Shown: positions 27,612 to 37,863 of the stretch, in pieces | Position numbering within the stretch: position 1 is the stretch's first letter | How the letters are laid out: each line of letters starts with the position of its first letter | Assembly: GCA_963750165.1 (NCBI GenBank) | Contig: CAVVPN010000004.1 | Location: 704,001 to 768,000 of the forward strand | DNA from: an uncultured Gemmataceae bacterium | GTDB taxonomy: Bacteria; Planctomycetota; Planctomycetia; Gemmatales; Gemmataceae | Length of the DNA stretch: 64,000 nucleotides | Direction: 5' to 3' | Notes under the pieces: generated by a model | Told to the model about the DNA's origin: nothing | Database searches by the model: none | The model's input: the letters and a program-made list of their open reading frames with translations, nothing else | Position numbers and translations under genes: made by a program

Positions 27612-29177
27612 ATGCCACGCATCCACATCTACGACACGACCCTGCGCGACGGCAGCCAGGGTGAGGGCGTCAACTTTTCGCTGCAGGACAAACTGCGCCT
27701 CACGCAGCGCCTGGACGAACTGGGCATCGACTTCATCGAGGGCGGCTATCCGCTGTCGAACCCCAAGGATTTCGAGTACTTCCAGCAGGTGCGCACGCTG
27801 ACGCTCAGGCACGCCCGGGTCGCCGCCTTCGGCATGACGCGCCGCAAGAACGCTCGCGCCGAGGACGACACCTGTCTCAAGGCCCTGCTCGACGCCCAGA
27901 CCAACCTCGTCACCCTGGTCGGCAAGACCTGGGACATGCAGGTGCATGAGGTGCTGGGCGCGTCGCTGGAGGAGAACCTGCGCATGATCGGCGACTCCAT
28001 CGAGTTCTGCCGCCGCCAGGGGCGCGAGGTGTTTTACGACGCGGAGCACTTCTTCGACGGCTACAAGCACAACCCGGAGTACGCGCTGCAGACGCTGCGC
28101 ACCGCTGCCGACGCCCGTGCCAGCGTGCTGATCCTGTGCGATACCAACGGCGGCACCCTGCCGGAGGAAATCGCGGCCGCGGTCGCCGCGGTACGGCGGG
28201 CGCTGCCGCGCGCCGAGTTGGGCATCCACTGCCACAACGACTGCGACGTGGCCGTCGCCAACTCGCTGGCCGCGGTCGCGCACGGCGCCACGCAGGTGCA
28301 GGGTACGATCAACGGCATTGGCGAGCGCTGCGGCAACGCCGACCTCATCAGCGTGATCGCCAACCTGGCGCTGAAGCGCGGCCATGACGTGCTGCGGCCG
28401 GACAGCCTGCCGCACTTGACGGAGGTGTCGCGCTTCGTTTACGAGACGGCGAACATGAATTTCCGCAACAGCCAGCCGTTCGTCGGGGCGAGCGCCTTCG
28501 CGCACAAGGGGGGCATGCACGCCCATGCGGTGGCGCGGGTCACGGCCAGCTACGAACACATCGATCCGCGGCTGGTCGGCAACGAGCGTCGCATCCTGGT
28601 CAGCGAACTGTCGGGGCAGGCGAGCATTTTGAGCAAGACGGCCAAATACGGTCTGGCGGGCGACAAGGCGCTGACGGTCCAGGTGTTGCAGCGCGTGCAG
28701 GACCTGGAGCACGCGGGCTACGAGTTCGAGGCGGCGGAGGCGTCGTTTGATCTGCTGGTGCAGAAGGTGGCGGGAGTGTTTCGGCCGAAGTTCGAGCGGC
28801 TGGCGTACCACGTGGACGTGGGCACGGGGCCGGACGGCAAGCCGGTCAGCGAGGCGACGGTGAAGGTGCGGGTCGGCGAGCGGGTGGAGCACACGGTCAG
28901 CGAGGGTGACGGCCCGGTGAACGCGCTGGATAGTGCGTTGCGCAAGGCGCTGGCGCCATTCTTCCCACGGCTGGCGGAGATGCACCTGAGCGACTACAAG
29001 GTGCGTGTGGTCAACGCCCGGGCGGACACGGCGGCGCGGGTGCGCGTGGTGATCGAGTGGCGCGACGGCGATGCGCTGTGGGGGACGGTGGGCGTCAGTG
29101 AGAACATCATTGAGGCGAGCTGGCTGGCGCTGGTGGACGCGGCGGAGTACAAGCTGTTCAAGGACGAGGGCGTTTGA
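27612..29177 (+). CDS. cimA: Citramalate synthase (LeuA/CimA family)
   Basis: YDTTLRDGSQGEG, GIHCHND, GERCGNADL, AFAHKGGMH, and C-terminal regulatory domain GDGPVNALD...GVSENIIEASW. Confidence 0.9.
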   Translation: MPRIHIYDTTLRDGSQGEGVNFSLQDKLRLTQRLDELGIDFIEGGYPLSNPKDFEYFQQVRTLTLRHARVAAFGMTRRKNARAEDDTCLKALLDAQTNLVTLVGKTWDMQVHEVLGASLEENLRMIGDSIEFCRRQGREVFYDAEHFFDGYKHNPEYALQTLRTAADARASVLILCDTNGGTLPEEIAAAVAAVRRALPRAELGIHCHNDCDVAVANSLAAVAHGATQVQGTINGIGERCGNADLISVIANLALKRGHDVLRPDSLPHLTEVSRFVYETANMNFRNSQPFVGASAFAHKGGMHAHAVARVTASYEHIDPRLVGNERRILVSELSGQASILSKTAKYGLAGDKALTVQVLQRVQDLEHAGYEFEAAEASFDLLVQKVAGVFRPKFERLAYHVDVGTGPDGKPVSEATVKVRVGERVEHTVSEGDGPVNALDSALRKALAPFFPRLAEMHLSDYKVRVVNARADTAARVRVVIEWRDGDALWGTVGVSENIIEASWLALVDAAEYKLFKDEGV

Positions 29178-29231
29178 GTTCGGCGTCCCGGTGGGGATCG
29201 ATCCGCCACCGGGACGCCGAACTCAAACGCC
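29169..29231. terminator. Perfect 26-bp-stem palindrome between convergent genes (bidirectional terminator or REP-like element)
   Basis: ggcgtttgagttcggcgtcccggtgg (29169-29194) is the reverse complement of 29206-29231; it overlaps the cimA stop codon. Confidence 0.7.
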
Positions 29232-29249
29232 ACACCGACACTTTGACGA

Positions 29250-29573
29250 TTACAGGTTTTTCCGGAAGATGCCCTTCACCTTGTTGTCCAGGAAGGTGAC
29301 GGTCAAGTTCTTGTCATCACTGCCCCAGCGGACGATCTTCATGTTATCCGGGATGGGGATGTCCTGGCCGGAAGCCTTCTTGAAATCTTCCTTGGTGAGT
29401 TCCGTCCCCTTGCCCAGGATTTTCTCCACATCTTCCTTGCTCATATCGGTCTTGATTTTGTCGGCGTTTTCCTTGCTCGGAGCCCCTCCACCGCAGCCCA
29501 CCAGGAACGCGGCGCAGAACACGAACGCCAGGATCATCAACCCCAGATGCCGCATACGGATTGAACCTGTCAC
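29250..29573 (-). CDS. Small lipoprotein (SmpA/BamE/BLIP-like fold)
   Basis: GAGGAGG RBS before GTG 29573 (alternative ATG 29555); lipobox LVGC; IKTDMSKEDVEKILG motif. Confidence 0.75.
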   Translation of the reverse strand: MTGSIRMRHLGLMILAFVFCAAFLVGCGGGAPSKENADKIKTDMSKEDVEKILGKGTELTKEDFKKASGQDIPIPDNMKIVRWGSDDKNLTVTFLDNKVKGIFRKNL

Positions 29574-29861
29574 AATCTTTCCTCCTCTAAAGAATGAACT
29601 GGTGCCGAACGTCCGTGGACGGGACGGCGGCGAAGGCGGTATGACCAGTGCTGGTCTTGCCGGCGCCCCCATCGGGGCTGCGAGTAGCCCTGGACCCTGG
29701 GAGCGGCTCTAGTCCTTCAGACACCACGGCCCCGCGGTTGGACCGCGGTCAACCACGTTGTAGCAGGCGGCTTGCGCACCGACCAGCGCCGGCTAGTCGC
29801 AATCTGGCGAAAAGCGGCCCGTTCACGTAAGGTATCCGGGTCGCCCGCAGGAGGAGCCGTC

Positions 29862-30734
29862 ATGAGCGAGGAACGCAACCCCGTCGCGCCGCCGTCCACC
29901 AGCGCCCCGGAGCTGGACCCGTGGCGCTTCGGCTGGCGCTACGTGCCGCAGCAGCAGCCGGACGGGACGGTGGTCCGCGAACAGGTGCCGCTCACCTACG
30001 AGGACGTGTTGCATCCTCAGGAGGGGGATGTCATCGTGGAGACGCCGGTTCACGATCAAACTTGCCTCGACCTGAAGTGCGCCCTGCAGTTGAAACTGGC
30101 TGGACGGTTGGGCTTCGTCGTCTTGCACAGTTGCCGGGTCGATTGGGGCGTGCCGGGGGTCCGAGCCCACGCCCCCGACATCGCTGTGATGGAAAACGTG
30201 GGGGAGTGGGACCAGAATCGCGGGACGTTCTACGTGGCCGAACTGGGAGCCAGGCCGGTGCTGGTGATCGAGGTAACTTCCCCAAGCACGCGGACCCAGG
30301 ACATCGTCACCAAGATGAGCCACTATTACCGCGCCGGCGTGCCCTTTTATGCGATCATGGACCGGGGCCCGACTGGGGAGGAGTTGAGCCCGCTGCTGCT
30401 GGGCTACCGGGCGACCCCAGCAGGATACGCGTGGGTGGATCCGGACGAGCATGGGCGTCTGCCACTCCCCCTGATGAGCCTGTCCCTCGGAGTGGTCGGC
30501 GGCCAACTGGTCGTTTACGACGAGCGGGGGAAGCGGATGGCGTCTTACGTCGAGGTCGCCCTGCGGCTCGAACATGAAGCGCAGCGGGCGGAAAGCGAGG
30601 CCAGGCGGGCGGAGGCAGAGGCCAAACGCGCAGACGACGCAGCCAGGCGGGCGGACGCCGCGGAGGCGGCGCGCGAGCAACTCGAAGCGAAGGTGCGCGA
30701 ACTCGAAGCGCGGATTCAGGCGTCCGGATCGTAG
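29862..30734 (+). CDS. Uma2/DUF820 PD-(D/E)XK family protein with C-terminal coiled coil
   Basis: AGGAGG RBS; HAPDIAV, LVIEVTSPST, YYRAGVPFY; AE-rich tail. Confidence 0.85.
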   Translation: MSEERNPVAPPSTSAPELDPWRFGWRYVPQQQPDGTVVREQVPLTYEDVLHPQEGDVIVETPVHDQTCLDLKCALQLKLAGRLGFVVLHSCRVDWGVPGVRAHAPDIAVMENVGEWDQNRGTFYVAELGARPVLVIEVTSPSTRTQDIVTKMSHYYRAGVPFYAIMDRGPTGEELSPLLLGYRATPAGYAWVDPDEHGRLPLPLMSLSLGVVGGQLVVYDERGKRMASYVEVALRLEHEAQRAESEARRAEAEAKRADDAARRADAAEAAREQLEAKVRELEARIQASGS

Positions 30735-30746
30735 GAGCAATTGTTC

Positions 30747-33731
30747 ATGGCCACCGAACTCCCCAAGCAGTACGACCCGAAAGACGCGCAGCAGCGCTGG
30801 CTGACGTTCTGGGAGGAGCACGGCTACAACCACAGCCGGCCCGACCCGAGCCGCGAGCCGTTCACCATCGTCATCCCGCCGCCGAACGTGACCGGGGCGC
30901 TGCACATGGGCCACGCCCTGAACAACACGCTGCAGGACGTGCTGATCCGCTGGCGGCGGATGCAGGGCCGCAACGCCCTGTACATGCCGGGGACCGACCA
31001 CGCCGGCATCGCCACGCAGGCCGTGGTGGAGCGGCGCATCCGCGACGAGGAGAAGAAGACGCGCCACGACCTCGGCCGTGAGGAACTGGTGCGGCGCATC
31101 TGGCAGTGGAAGGACCAGTACGAGGTCCGCATTCTGCGGCAACTCCGCGAGCTGGGCTGCAGCTGCGACTGGCAGCGGACGCGCTTCACGCTGGACCCGA
31201 TCTGTGCGCGGGCGGTGCGGCACACCTTCTTCCGCATGTTCCGCGACGGTCTGATCTTTCGCGGCAAACGTTTGGTGAACTGGGACGCCCAGCTGCAAAC
31301 GTCGGTGGCCGACGACGAGACATACACCGAGACGGTCAAGGGCGGCTTCTGGACGTTCCGTTACAAGGTGAAAGACAGCGACGCATTCATCCGCTTTTCC
31401 ACAACGCGGCCGGAGACGATGCTCGGCGACACCGCCGTGGCCGTGCATCCGGATGACGAGCGCTACCAGCACCTGATCGGCAAATTCGTGACCATTCCGC
31501 TGGTGAACCGCGACATTCCGATCATCGCGGACGGGCTGCTGGTGGACCCGGCGCTGGGCACCGGCGCCGTGAAGGTGACGCCGGCGCACGACCCGAACGA
31601 CTACGCCTGCGGTCTGCGGCACAAGCTGCCGATGATTAACATCCTCGACCCGGACGGCACCATCAACGCCAACGGTGGCCCCTATGCGGGCATGGAGCGC
31701 TACAAGGCCCGCGAAAAAGTGGTCGAAGACATGGAGCAACTGGGCCTGTTCGAGGGCCGCGAGGATCGCGACATCGAGCTGAAGCATAGCGACCGTAGCA
31801 AGTCGCCGATTGAGCCGTACCTGTCCGATCAATGGTTCGTGAAGATGGGCGACCAGGGCGACCGGCCGGGGCTGGCGCAAACGGCGATGGATGCGGTGAG
31901 CGACGGCCGCGTGCGCTTCTTCCCGGAGCGCTACCGCAAGACGTACCTGGACTGGCTTGGCGAAAAGCGCGACTGGTGCATCAGCCGCCAGCTGTGGTGG
32001 GGCCATCGCATTCCCATCTGGTACGCGCGCTGCCCCGAGGCGGAACTGAAGCGATCGTTTGCCGGCCGCGCGGACGTGACCTGGCGGCTCGACGAGGAGA
32101 ACGGTCAGTGGCTGGTGTGCGCGCTGGAGATGGATTTGCCGGCGGACGCGCTGGGCACCCAGTATCCGCTGACGCAGGATCCGGACGTGCTGGACACGTG
32201 GTTCAGCTCGGCGCTGTGGCCACACTCGACGCTGGGCTGGCCGGAGCTGACGCCGGAGTTGCGCTACTACTACCCAACGAGCGTGCTCGTGACCAGCCGC
32301 GACATCATCACGCTCTGGGTGGCGCGCATGGTGCTGACGGGGCTGTACAACCTCGGCCAGGTGCCGTTCCAGCACGTCTACATCCACCCGAAGATTCTGG
32401 ACGGCTTCGGCGACACGATGAGCAAGATGAAGGGCAACGGCATTGACCCGCTCGACATCATCGAGCGCTACGGCACCGACGCGCTGCGCTTCGGCATCGT
32501 CAACATCGCGACCGAGACGCAGGACAGCCGTATGCCAGTGGCCAACGTGTGTCCGCACTGCGGCGCTTTGGTGCCGGTGAAGCAGGAGCACATGTACCTG
32601 CGGACGCGCAAGTTGACGTGTCCGGAGTGCAAGAAGCCGTTCCGGCCCGGCGGCCCCTGGCCGAAGGAGGACGCCGAGTTGCCGACGGCGCGGCAGGCGT
32701 CGGAGCGCTTCGAGGCGGGCCGCAATTTCGCCAACAAACTGTGGAACGCCGCGCGCTTCCTGCTGCTGAACCTGGAGGGCTACACCCCGCAGGCGCTCCG
32801 GCTGGAGGAACTGCCCATCGAGGACCGCTGGATCGTGAGCCGGCTGGCGACGACCACGGCGGCGGTGACGCAGCAGCTGGAGGGCTATCGCTTCAGCGAG
32901 GCGGGGCGGACGCTGTACGAGTTCGTGTGGTCGGAGTTCTGCGACTGGTACGTGGAGATGAGCAAGGGCCGGCTGAAGGATGTGGAATCCCGGCCGGTGG
33001 CGCAGCGCGTGCTGGCGGGCGCGCTGGACGCGATCCTGCGGTTGGTGCATCCGATCATGCCGTTCGTGTCGGAGTCGATCTGGCAGGCGCTGGCGGACGT
33101 GGCCTTCGAGCGCGGGTTACCGAACCCGGAGCCGGTGAGCGAGAGCGTGATGATCGCGCCGTGGCCGAGCTTCCCGGCGGCGTGGCAGGACGCGACGATG
33201 GAGGCGCGCATCGGCCGCATGCAGGAACTGGTGGGCGGTGTGCGCGAGGTGCGCAACCGGTACATGATCGAGCCGAAAACGCCGCTGCACGTGTTCGTGC
33301 GCTGCGGCGCCGCGGTGGCGGCGGACTTCAATCAGCTGCGGCCGTTCATCCTGCAGCTGGCGGGCGTTGGCGACTTCGCATGCGGGCCAGACGTGGCGAA
33401 ACCGCCGCAGGCCGGCGGCATCGTGCGGCCCGAGTTCGAGGCGTACGTGTCACTGGTGGGTTTGATCGACGTGGACGCGGAGGTCAAGCGCCTGGAGAAG
33501 CAGATCGCCGACAAGCGCAAGCACCTCACCGGCACCGAGGCGAAGCTGGCCAACAAGAGCTTCACCGACAAGGCGCCGCCCGAGGTGGTGCAGCAGCAGC
33601 GCGACATGGCCGAGGATTTGAAGAAGCAGATCACGACACTGGAGGCCAATCTGGCGGAGTTGCGCGCGGCGCGTGAGCGCCGCGCGCAACTCCGGGTGGG
33701 GTTTGCTACTTCTCCTGCACCTTCAGCGTGA
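30747..33731 (+). CDS. valS: Valine--tRNA ligase
   Basis: PPPNVTGALHMGH, DHAGIATQ, DWCISRQLWWGHRIP, DVLDTWFSS, TMSKMKGN, C-terminal coiled coil. The last ~20 aa may be read-through from an indel (a TGA lies out of frame near 33674). Confidence 0.97.
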   Translation: MATELPKQYDPKDAQQRWLTFWEEHGYNHSRPDPSREPFTIVIPPPNVTGALHMGHALNNTLQDVLIRWRRMQGRNALYMPGTDHAGIATQAVVERRIRDEEKKTRHDLGREELVRRIWQWKDQYEVRILRQLRELGCSCDWQRTRFTLDPICARAVRHTFFRMFRDGLIFRGKRLVNWDAQLQTSVADDETYTETVKGGFWTFRYKVKDSDAFIRFSTTRPETMLGDTAVAVHPDDERYQHLIGKFVTIPLVNRDIPIIADGLLVDPALGTGAVKVTPAHDPNDYACGLRHKLPMINILDPDGTINANGGPYAGMERYKAREKVVEDMEQLGLFEGREDRDIELKHSDRSKSPIEPYLSDQWFVKMGDQGDRPGLAQTAMDAVSDGRVRFFPERYRKTYLDWLGEKRDWCISRQLWWGHRIPIWYARCPEAELKRSFAGRADVTWRLDEENGQWLVCALEMDLPADALGTQYPLTQDPDVLDTWFSSALWPHSTLGWPELTPELRYYYPTSVLVTSRDIITLWVARMVLTGLYNLGQVPFQHVYIHPKILDGFGDTMSKMKGNGIDPLDIIERYGTDALRFGIVNIATETQDSRMPVANVCPHCGALVPVKQEHMYLRTRKLTCPECKKPFRPGGPWPKEDAELPTARQASERFEAGRNFANKLWNAARFLLLNLEGYTPQALRLEELPIEDRWIVSRLATTTAAVTQQLEGYRFSEAGRTLYEFVWSEFCDWYVEMSKGRLKDVESRPVAQRVLAGALDAILRLVHPIMPFVSESIWQALADVAFERGLPNPEPVSESVMIAPWPSFPAAWQDATMEARIGRMQELVGGVREVRNRYMIEPKTPLHVFVRCGAAVAADFNQLRPFILQLAGVGDFACGPDVAKPPQAGGIVRPEFEAYVSLVGLIDVDAEVKRLEKQIADKRKHLTGTEAKLANKSFTDKAPPEVVQQQRDMAEDLKKQITTLEANLAELRAARERRAQLRVGFATSPAPSA

Positions 33732-34812
33732 ACGTGCCGCCCTTCTTGTCCAGGCTGGTCACGTAGACCCGGTACACGCCGCTCTCAGTGGGCTCGAACA
33801 CGATCCGCGCATCCGAGCCGCCGCCGCTGTCATCGTCAAACGCCACCTGCTTGCCGAAGCGATCCTCCAACCGCAGGAAGGCGTCAAAGTCCGCGCTCTT
33901 CAGGTCAATCATGTACTTCCGCCCGGCGGCCAGGTTGAACGCATACATCTGGTGCGGGCTGCTTTTCAACAGCCGGTCCTTCGGCGCGGTCAACGGGAGC
34001 TGTCGTTTGGCCTCGAACCGCCCGCCCTCCAGAGCCTCGGGGACGACCGGCGCCGACTCTCGGACGGTCAAGGTAAACGGACCGTCACCCTTCCAGCCGA
34101 ACGAGGACACCAGCAGGCGGTACTCGCCCGTGAACGGGGCGTCGAAATTGATCTGGGAATTCCGGCCGCCGCCGCTGTCGTCGTTCTCGGCCATCTTCTT
34201 GCCCGCGGCGTTGAACAGATACAGGTACGGGTCCAGTTTGTCCCAGTTCGGGCTGGTCAGGTCGATGACGTAACTCTTGCCGGCGGTCAGCTTCACCCGG
34301 TAGGCCACGCCCTTGGCCATGGGGTCCAGCTTGCCTGCGATCCGGAGGCCCACGGCCGGGTTGTAGACTTCCGACTTGAACTCCATGCTGTAGATGACGC
34401 AGTTATAATTTCCCAATCCGAAGCCGGCGGACACCATCTTGTACTGGCCGTCTTTCGGCGGCGTGTAGAACAGCATGGCGTCGGGAAACTTGCCCGCCTC
34501 GCCGTCGTCGAACGCCAGCTGCTTGCCGGTCGCGTCGCGGATGACCACGGCCGTGTCATAGGTTTTGCTGCTGAGCGAGAAGACGTACATCCGGTTGGCC
34601 GACAGTTTCACCTCGAACAGTTTGGCGGCGAGGTCCAACGTCTGGCCGTTGGCGATGTTGATCCGGACCTTCGGGTCGTCCTTCGTGAGTTGGCTCGCGA
34701 AAGTTGTCTGCTGTTTGTCCGGCTGGAGGACCGTGCCTCCCTGGGGGACGCCCTGGGCGACCACGACCCCGAGCCCCAGCAGCGCCAGCGCGAATACCAT
34801 GGACCGAGACAT
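33706..34812 (-). CDS. Secreted protein with three PPC (pre-peptidase C-terminal)-like domains
   Basis: AGGAGG RBS, signal peptide, three repeats of Y.IDL.S..FD.YL.L....GK..A.DDD.GGG.DA.I.F.P...G.Y. Confidence 0.8.
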   Translation of the reverse strand: MSRSMVFALALLGLGVVVAQGVPQGGTVLQPDKQQTTFASQLTKDDPKVRINIANGQTLDLAAKLFEVKLSANRMYVFSLSSKTYDTAVVIRDATGKQLAFDDGEAGKFPDAMLFYTPPKDGQYKMVSAGFGLGNYNCVIYSMEFKSEVYNPAVGLRIAGKLDPMAKGVAYRVKLTAGKSYVIDLTSPNWDKLDPYLYLFNAAGKKMAENDDSGGGRNSQINFDAPFTGEYRLLVSSFGWKGDGPFTLTVRESAPVVPEALEGGRFEAKRQLPLTAPKDRLLKSSPHQMYAFNLAAGRKYMIDLKSADFDAFLRLEDRFGKQVAFDDDSGGGSDARIVFEPTESGVYRVYVTSLDKKGGTFTLKVQEK

Positions 34813-34890
34813 CCGTAACCTCCTGGCTAAAGGATCGATTTCGGGCACCCACCCGGAGCGCCGGGCGGGTGGGATGGTTTGTCCGACGGT

Positions 34891-36285
34891 TCACCGGGCG
34901 AAGATCGAAAACCGCCGGGGGACCGTCGCGGTCAGACAGTGGACGGCGCCCTGCTGAGGCGCGGTGATCGAGCAGTCCACGGGAATGATCCGCACGTCGC
35001 CGCCAAACGCCTGCCGGATTTTTTTGTACGCCGCGAACTGCGCGTACTGGTCCAGGAAGGGATAGTAGGGCACCAGGACGGCGAAGCCGCCTTTGTCGGT
35101 GCGGAGCGTGAGGGCGTTGAGCAGGGTCGGGTAATAGATCATGGTGGTGGGCGCCAGTTGCATCCCGTACAGGCTCGTCTCCACGGGCGGCAGCGACGGC
35201 ACCTCAATCACTTCGTAACCGAGTTTCTCCAGCCTGGCCTTGTTCTTCTTCATGGCCTGGGCCGCGAGTTCGGTCAGCACCCGGATGCGTGGGCTGGGCG
35301 AAAACTGGCTGGGGTCGTACGAGGCCAGCAGCACGCGCTTGCCGGTGGCCGGCAGCAGGAACATGTCCACGTGCCGGATCACCGGGCCGGGCAGCGCGTC
35401 GAGGTAGACGACCTCCTGCACGGCGAAATACTTCTTCATCTGGTCGGTGAAGCCGTTTTCCTTTTTTCGATTGCGCAGAATCAACTCTTTGGTGGTGATC
35501 AGGTGGCCGTCCGCCAAGCGGAGGAGGTTGCCGCCCTCCAGGTACAGGTCGGGTCGTTCGACCTGGATCGCCGCGCGATCCGTCACCGCCTGCATCATTT
35601 CGTAGGGGGAGAAGTCATCGTCACTGCGGTCGTTCAACTTGCCGCTGGCCAGGATTTCGTCCTGGTGCTTCAAAATGTTGAGCCAATCCTTGATGTGCTC
35701 CAACCGGGCATCGGGCCTGGTTTGCGGCAGCGTTCCGGTGGACAGGCCAGCCCCGCTCTTCGTCAGTTCCAGCCGCACCGTCTCGATCAACTTTTTCCGG
35801 TCCTCATTCACGGCCTTCCGCTGGCGTTCGATGGCCGTTTGATAGCGGATGTCCTGGTACTTGGAATCGACCAGGACGAAATCCTTGGCCCCGGTCTTGA
35901 TCTGCGGCCCGTAGTCGCGGACCCAGTACGTGTCGTGCGGGACGACGAAAAAGCGCAGGCGGCCCTCCTTCACGGCCCGACCCAGGGCCGGGTGATACCG
36001 GCTGAACGCATCGCGCACGCTTACGAAGTCGAGGTCCAGATCGATGAAGACCACGACGTCGGTGAACTCCAGCGCGGCCAGGGCGATCTCCTTCTGGGTC
36101 CGGGCGAAGTTCGGGGTGGGGATCAGCTTCTGATTGCGAATTTCACCGAGGGACAGCAGGACGACAGACGGCTCCTGTGCCTCGACATCGAGCGCCTTGG
36201 CGGCGGGCGGCTGAGCCTGGGCCGCCGCCGGCAGCGCCGGGATGGACAGCACCACGAAGGCGAGCAATGGGACGAGTTTGCGCAT
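34891..36285 (-). CDS. Secreted agmatine/peptidylarginine deiminase family (pentein) enzyme
   Basis: Signal peptide MRKLVPLLAFVVLSIPALPAAAQA; WVRDYGP, LEGGN, RHVDMF, GAVHC (catalytic Cys motif). Confidence 0.8.
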   Translation of the reverse strand: MRKLVPLLAFVVLSIPALPAAAQAQPPAAKALDVEAQEPSVVLLSLGEIRNQKLIPTPNFARTQKEIALAALEFTDVVVFIDLDLDFVSVRDAFSRYHPALGRAVKEGRLRFFVVPHDTYWVRDYGPQIKTGAKDFVLVDSKYQDIRYQTAIERQRKAVNEDRKKLIETVRLELTKSGAGLSTGTLPQTRPDARLEHIKDWLNILKHQDEILASGKLNDRSDDDFSPYEMMQAVTDRAAIQVERPDLYLEGGNLLRLADGHLITTKELILRNRKKENGFTDQMKKYFAVQEVVYLDALPGPVIRHVDMFLLPATGKRVLLASYDPSQFSPSPRIRVLTELAAQAMKKNKARLEKLGYEVIEVPSLPPVETSLYGMQLAPTTMIYYPTLLNALTLRTDKGGFAVLVPYYPFLDQYAQFAAYKKIRQAFGGDVRIIPVDCSITAPQQGAVHCLTATVPRRFSIFAR

Positions 36286-36307
36286 GGGCATCTCTCCTAA
36301 AAAAGCG

Positions 36308-37603
36308 TCACAGACCAAACGGACACAAGCCGATCATGTGGCAGATCCCCGCGGCGATCATTCGCTGGAGTTCGCTCGGGGCGGTTTCGTAAATGGCCAG
36401 CAAGGTCGGGAGGTGTTTGCGGCAGCGCATCCGCAGCAAGCTAATGATGCTGTAGTAGCGCACGGCGTCCGCGGGGTCATTCTGGGCCGCCTTCGCCAGG
36501 TCGTCGGCAGCATCGCGGGCCTGCAGCATCCCCAGGACGAAGGCGGCAAAGTCGCGGATGACCGGCCGTTGCCGGGCGGTCGCGTCCGCGCCGGTCAGCC
36601 AGTTCCTGAGCTGCCGTTCAAGCGGCACCTTGCGGGCCTTGCCCAGTTCGCTCAGGAACTGGTGGACCGGGTTCACGTAGGCACGGTTGGCGACGGCCGC
36701 CGTGTGGTTGGCCAGGATGGCCTCCAGCAGACCGCAGGCGCAGAAGAAGAAAAACCAAAGTTCATCCGTCAGGGTGACCTCGTCCGGGTCAACGGCGCGC
36801 AACGGCCGGAAATTCGCCGGGGGCGGGCCCGGCACTTGCAGGGCGGCGTCGGCCCAGTTCGGTGCGGACTTGTCCAGAGACTTCCGGGTGACGCGGAAGT
36901 CGGCGTGGCTGCGGCCATTCTGGTAGCGCGCCACCGCGAGCCGGCCGAGGTGGGAGGTCAGGGCCGGGTTGCCCTCGAAGTCGTAGAAACGGCGGATGAA
37001 CTCGAGCAGGTTTTCGCCGAGGACGAGCGAGGACGGCGGCGGCGGCGCGGACAGCAATCCTTTCTGGCAGATGGCCGGCAGGGCGCGCCAGCGCTTGTAC
37101 CAGTCGCGGAGTCGTTTGCGGAAAATCGGGCGGAATTCGTCCAGAGTGGTGAATTTCCCAGGAAAGTGGGTCTTGGATTCTTCCAGGTTGCGCTTGAATT
37201 CCTGGACTTTCTCCCACTGCGCGGCGTCCGCGGCCGGCGCCGGGAGGTGTTTGAAGTAGAGGAGGACATCATCCAGCTGGCCCTGCGTCGCCCGGTCGGT
37301 GGCGATGCGCAACTCTTCCTGGAAGCCCGTCTCGCTGGAGGTGACGCTGCTGGGGGTGCCTAACCGGGACCACAACAAGCCGACGAAGAGTTCGGATTCT
37401 TCCAGGGCCGGGATGATCCGCCCCTGAGGCCGGCCAAACCCGTACGGGAGGTCGGTATCCCAGCGGTAGCTCTCCAGCAGGATCCCATCCCTGGCCGCCT
37501 CAACGCTGAGAACCCGAACCTCCTCTTCCACCACGTCCCGTTCGGGGACGACATCACCGGGAGAGGCGATAAAAACTTGCAGACGGAGGGCGAGTTGGGC
37601 CAT
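36308..37603 (-). CDS. DUF4062 (TIR/SLOG-like) N-terminal domain plus C-terminal HEAT-like repeats
   Basis: VFIASPGDVVPER, ESELFVGLLWSRLGTP, TGFQEE, LLYFK; C-terminal IRDFAAFVLG / VRYYSIISL helical pairs. Confidence 0.7.
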   Translation of the reverse strand: MAQLALRLQVFIASPGDVVPERDVVEEEVRVLSVEAARDGILLESYRWDTDLPYGFGRPQGRIIPALEESELFVGLLWSRLGTPSSVTSSETGFQEELRIATDRATQGQLDDVLLYFKHLPAPAADAAQWEKVQEFKRNLEESKTHFPGKFTTLDEFRPIFRKRLRDWYKRWRALPAICQKGLLSAPPPPSSLVLGENLLEFIRRFYDFEGNPALTSHLGRLAVARYQNGRSHADFRVTRKSLDKSAPNWADAALQVPGPPPANFRPLRAVDPDEVTLTDELWFFFFCACGLLEAILANHTAAVANRAYVNPVHQFLSELGKARKVPLERQLRNWLTGADATARQRPVIRDFAAFVLGMLQARDAADDLAKAAQNDPADAVRYYSIISLLRMRCRKHLPTLLAIYETAPSELQRMIAAGICHMIGLCPFGL

Positions 37604-37863
37604 GATCGCCTGGGGTCGGAGGTTATTCGGAAGTAGACTTCGGAGACGTTTGGGCTACAGCCTTTTGAACTGAATCGAATACGGAACCGTTATTCAATCT
37701 GATGGTGATGGTATCACCACTATTCGGTTTTTCAACAAAAAAAATTCGGCGCGCCTGCGGCGGGTGTGGCCACGCCCCGATGCTTTCTGGTTGGTGGCGG
37801 CGCCGCGGTTCGCTAAAATGGTCGCAATCTCTTTGTCCCCACGGCACCCCGGAGGACTCTCCC

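Noticed and set aside
29823..33050. 1075-aa minus-strand ORF
   Set aside because: Antisense shadow of valS and the Uma2 gene.
33670..33731. Functional C-terminal extension of ValRS overlapping the convergent gene
   Set aside because: An out-of-frame TGA lies at the expected end; probably indel read-through.
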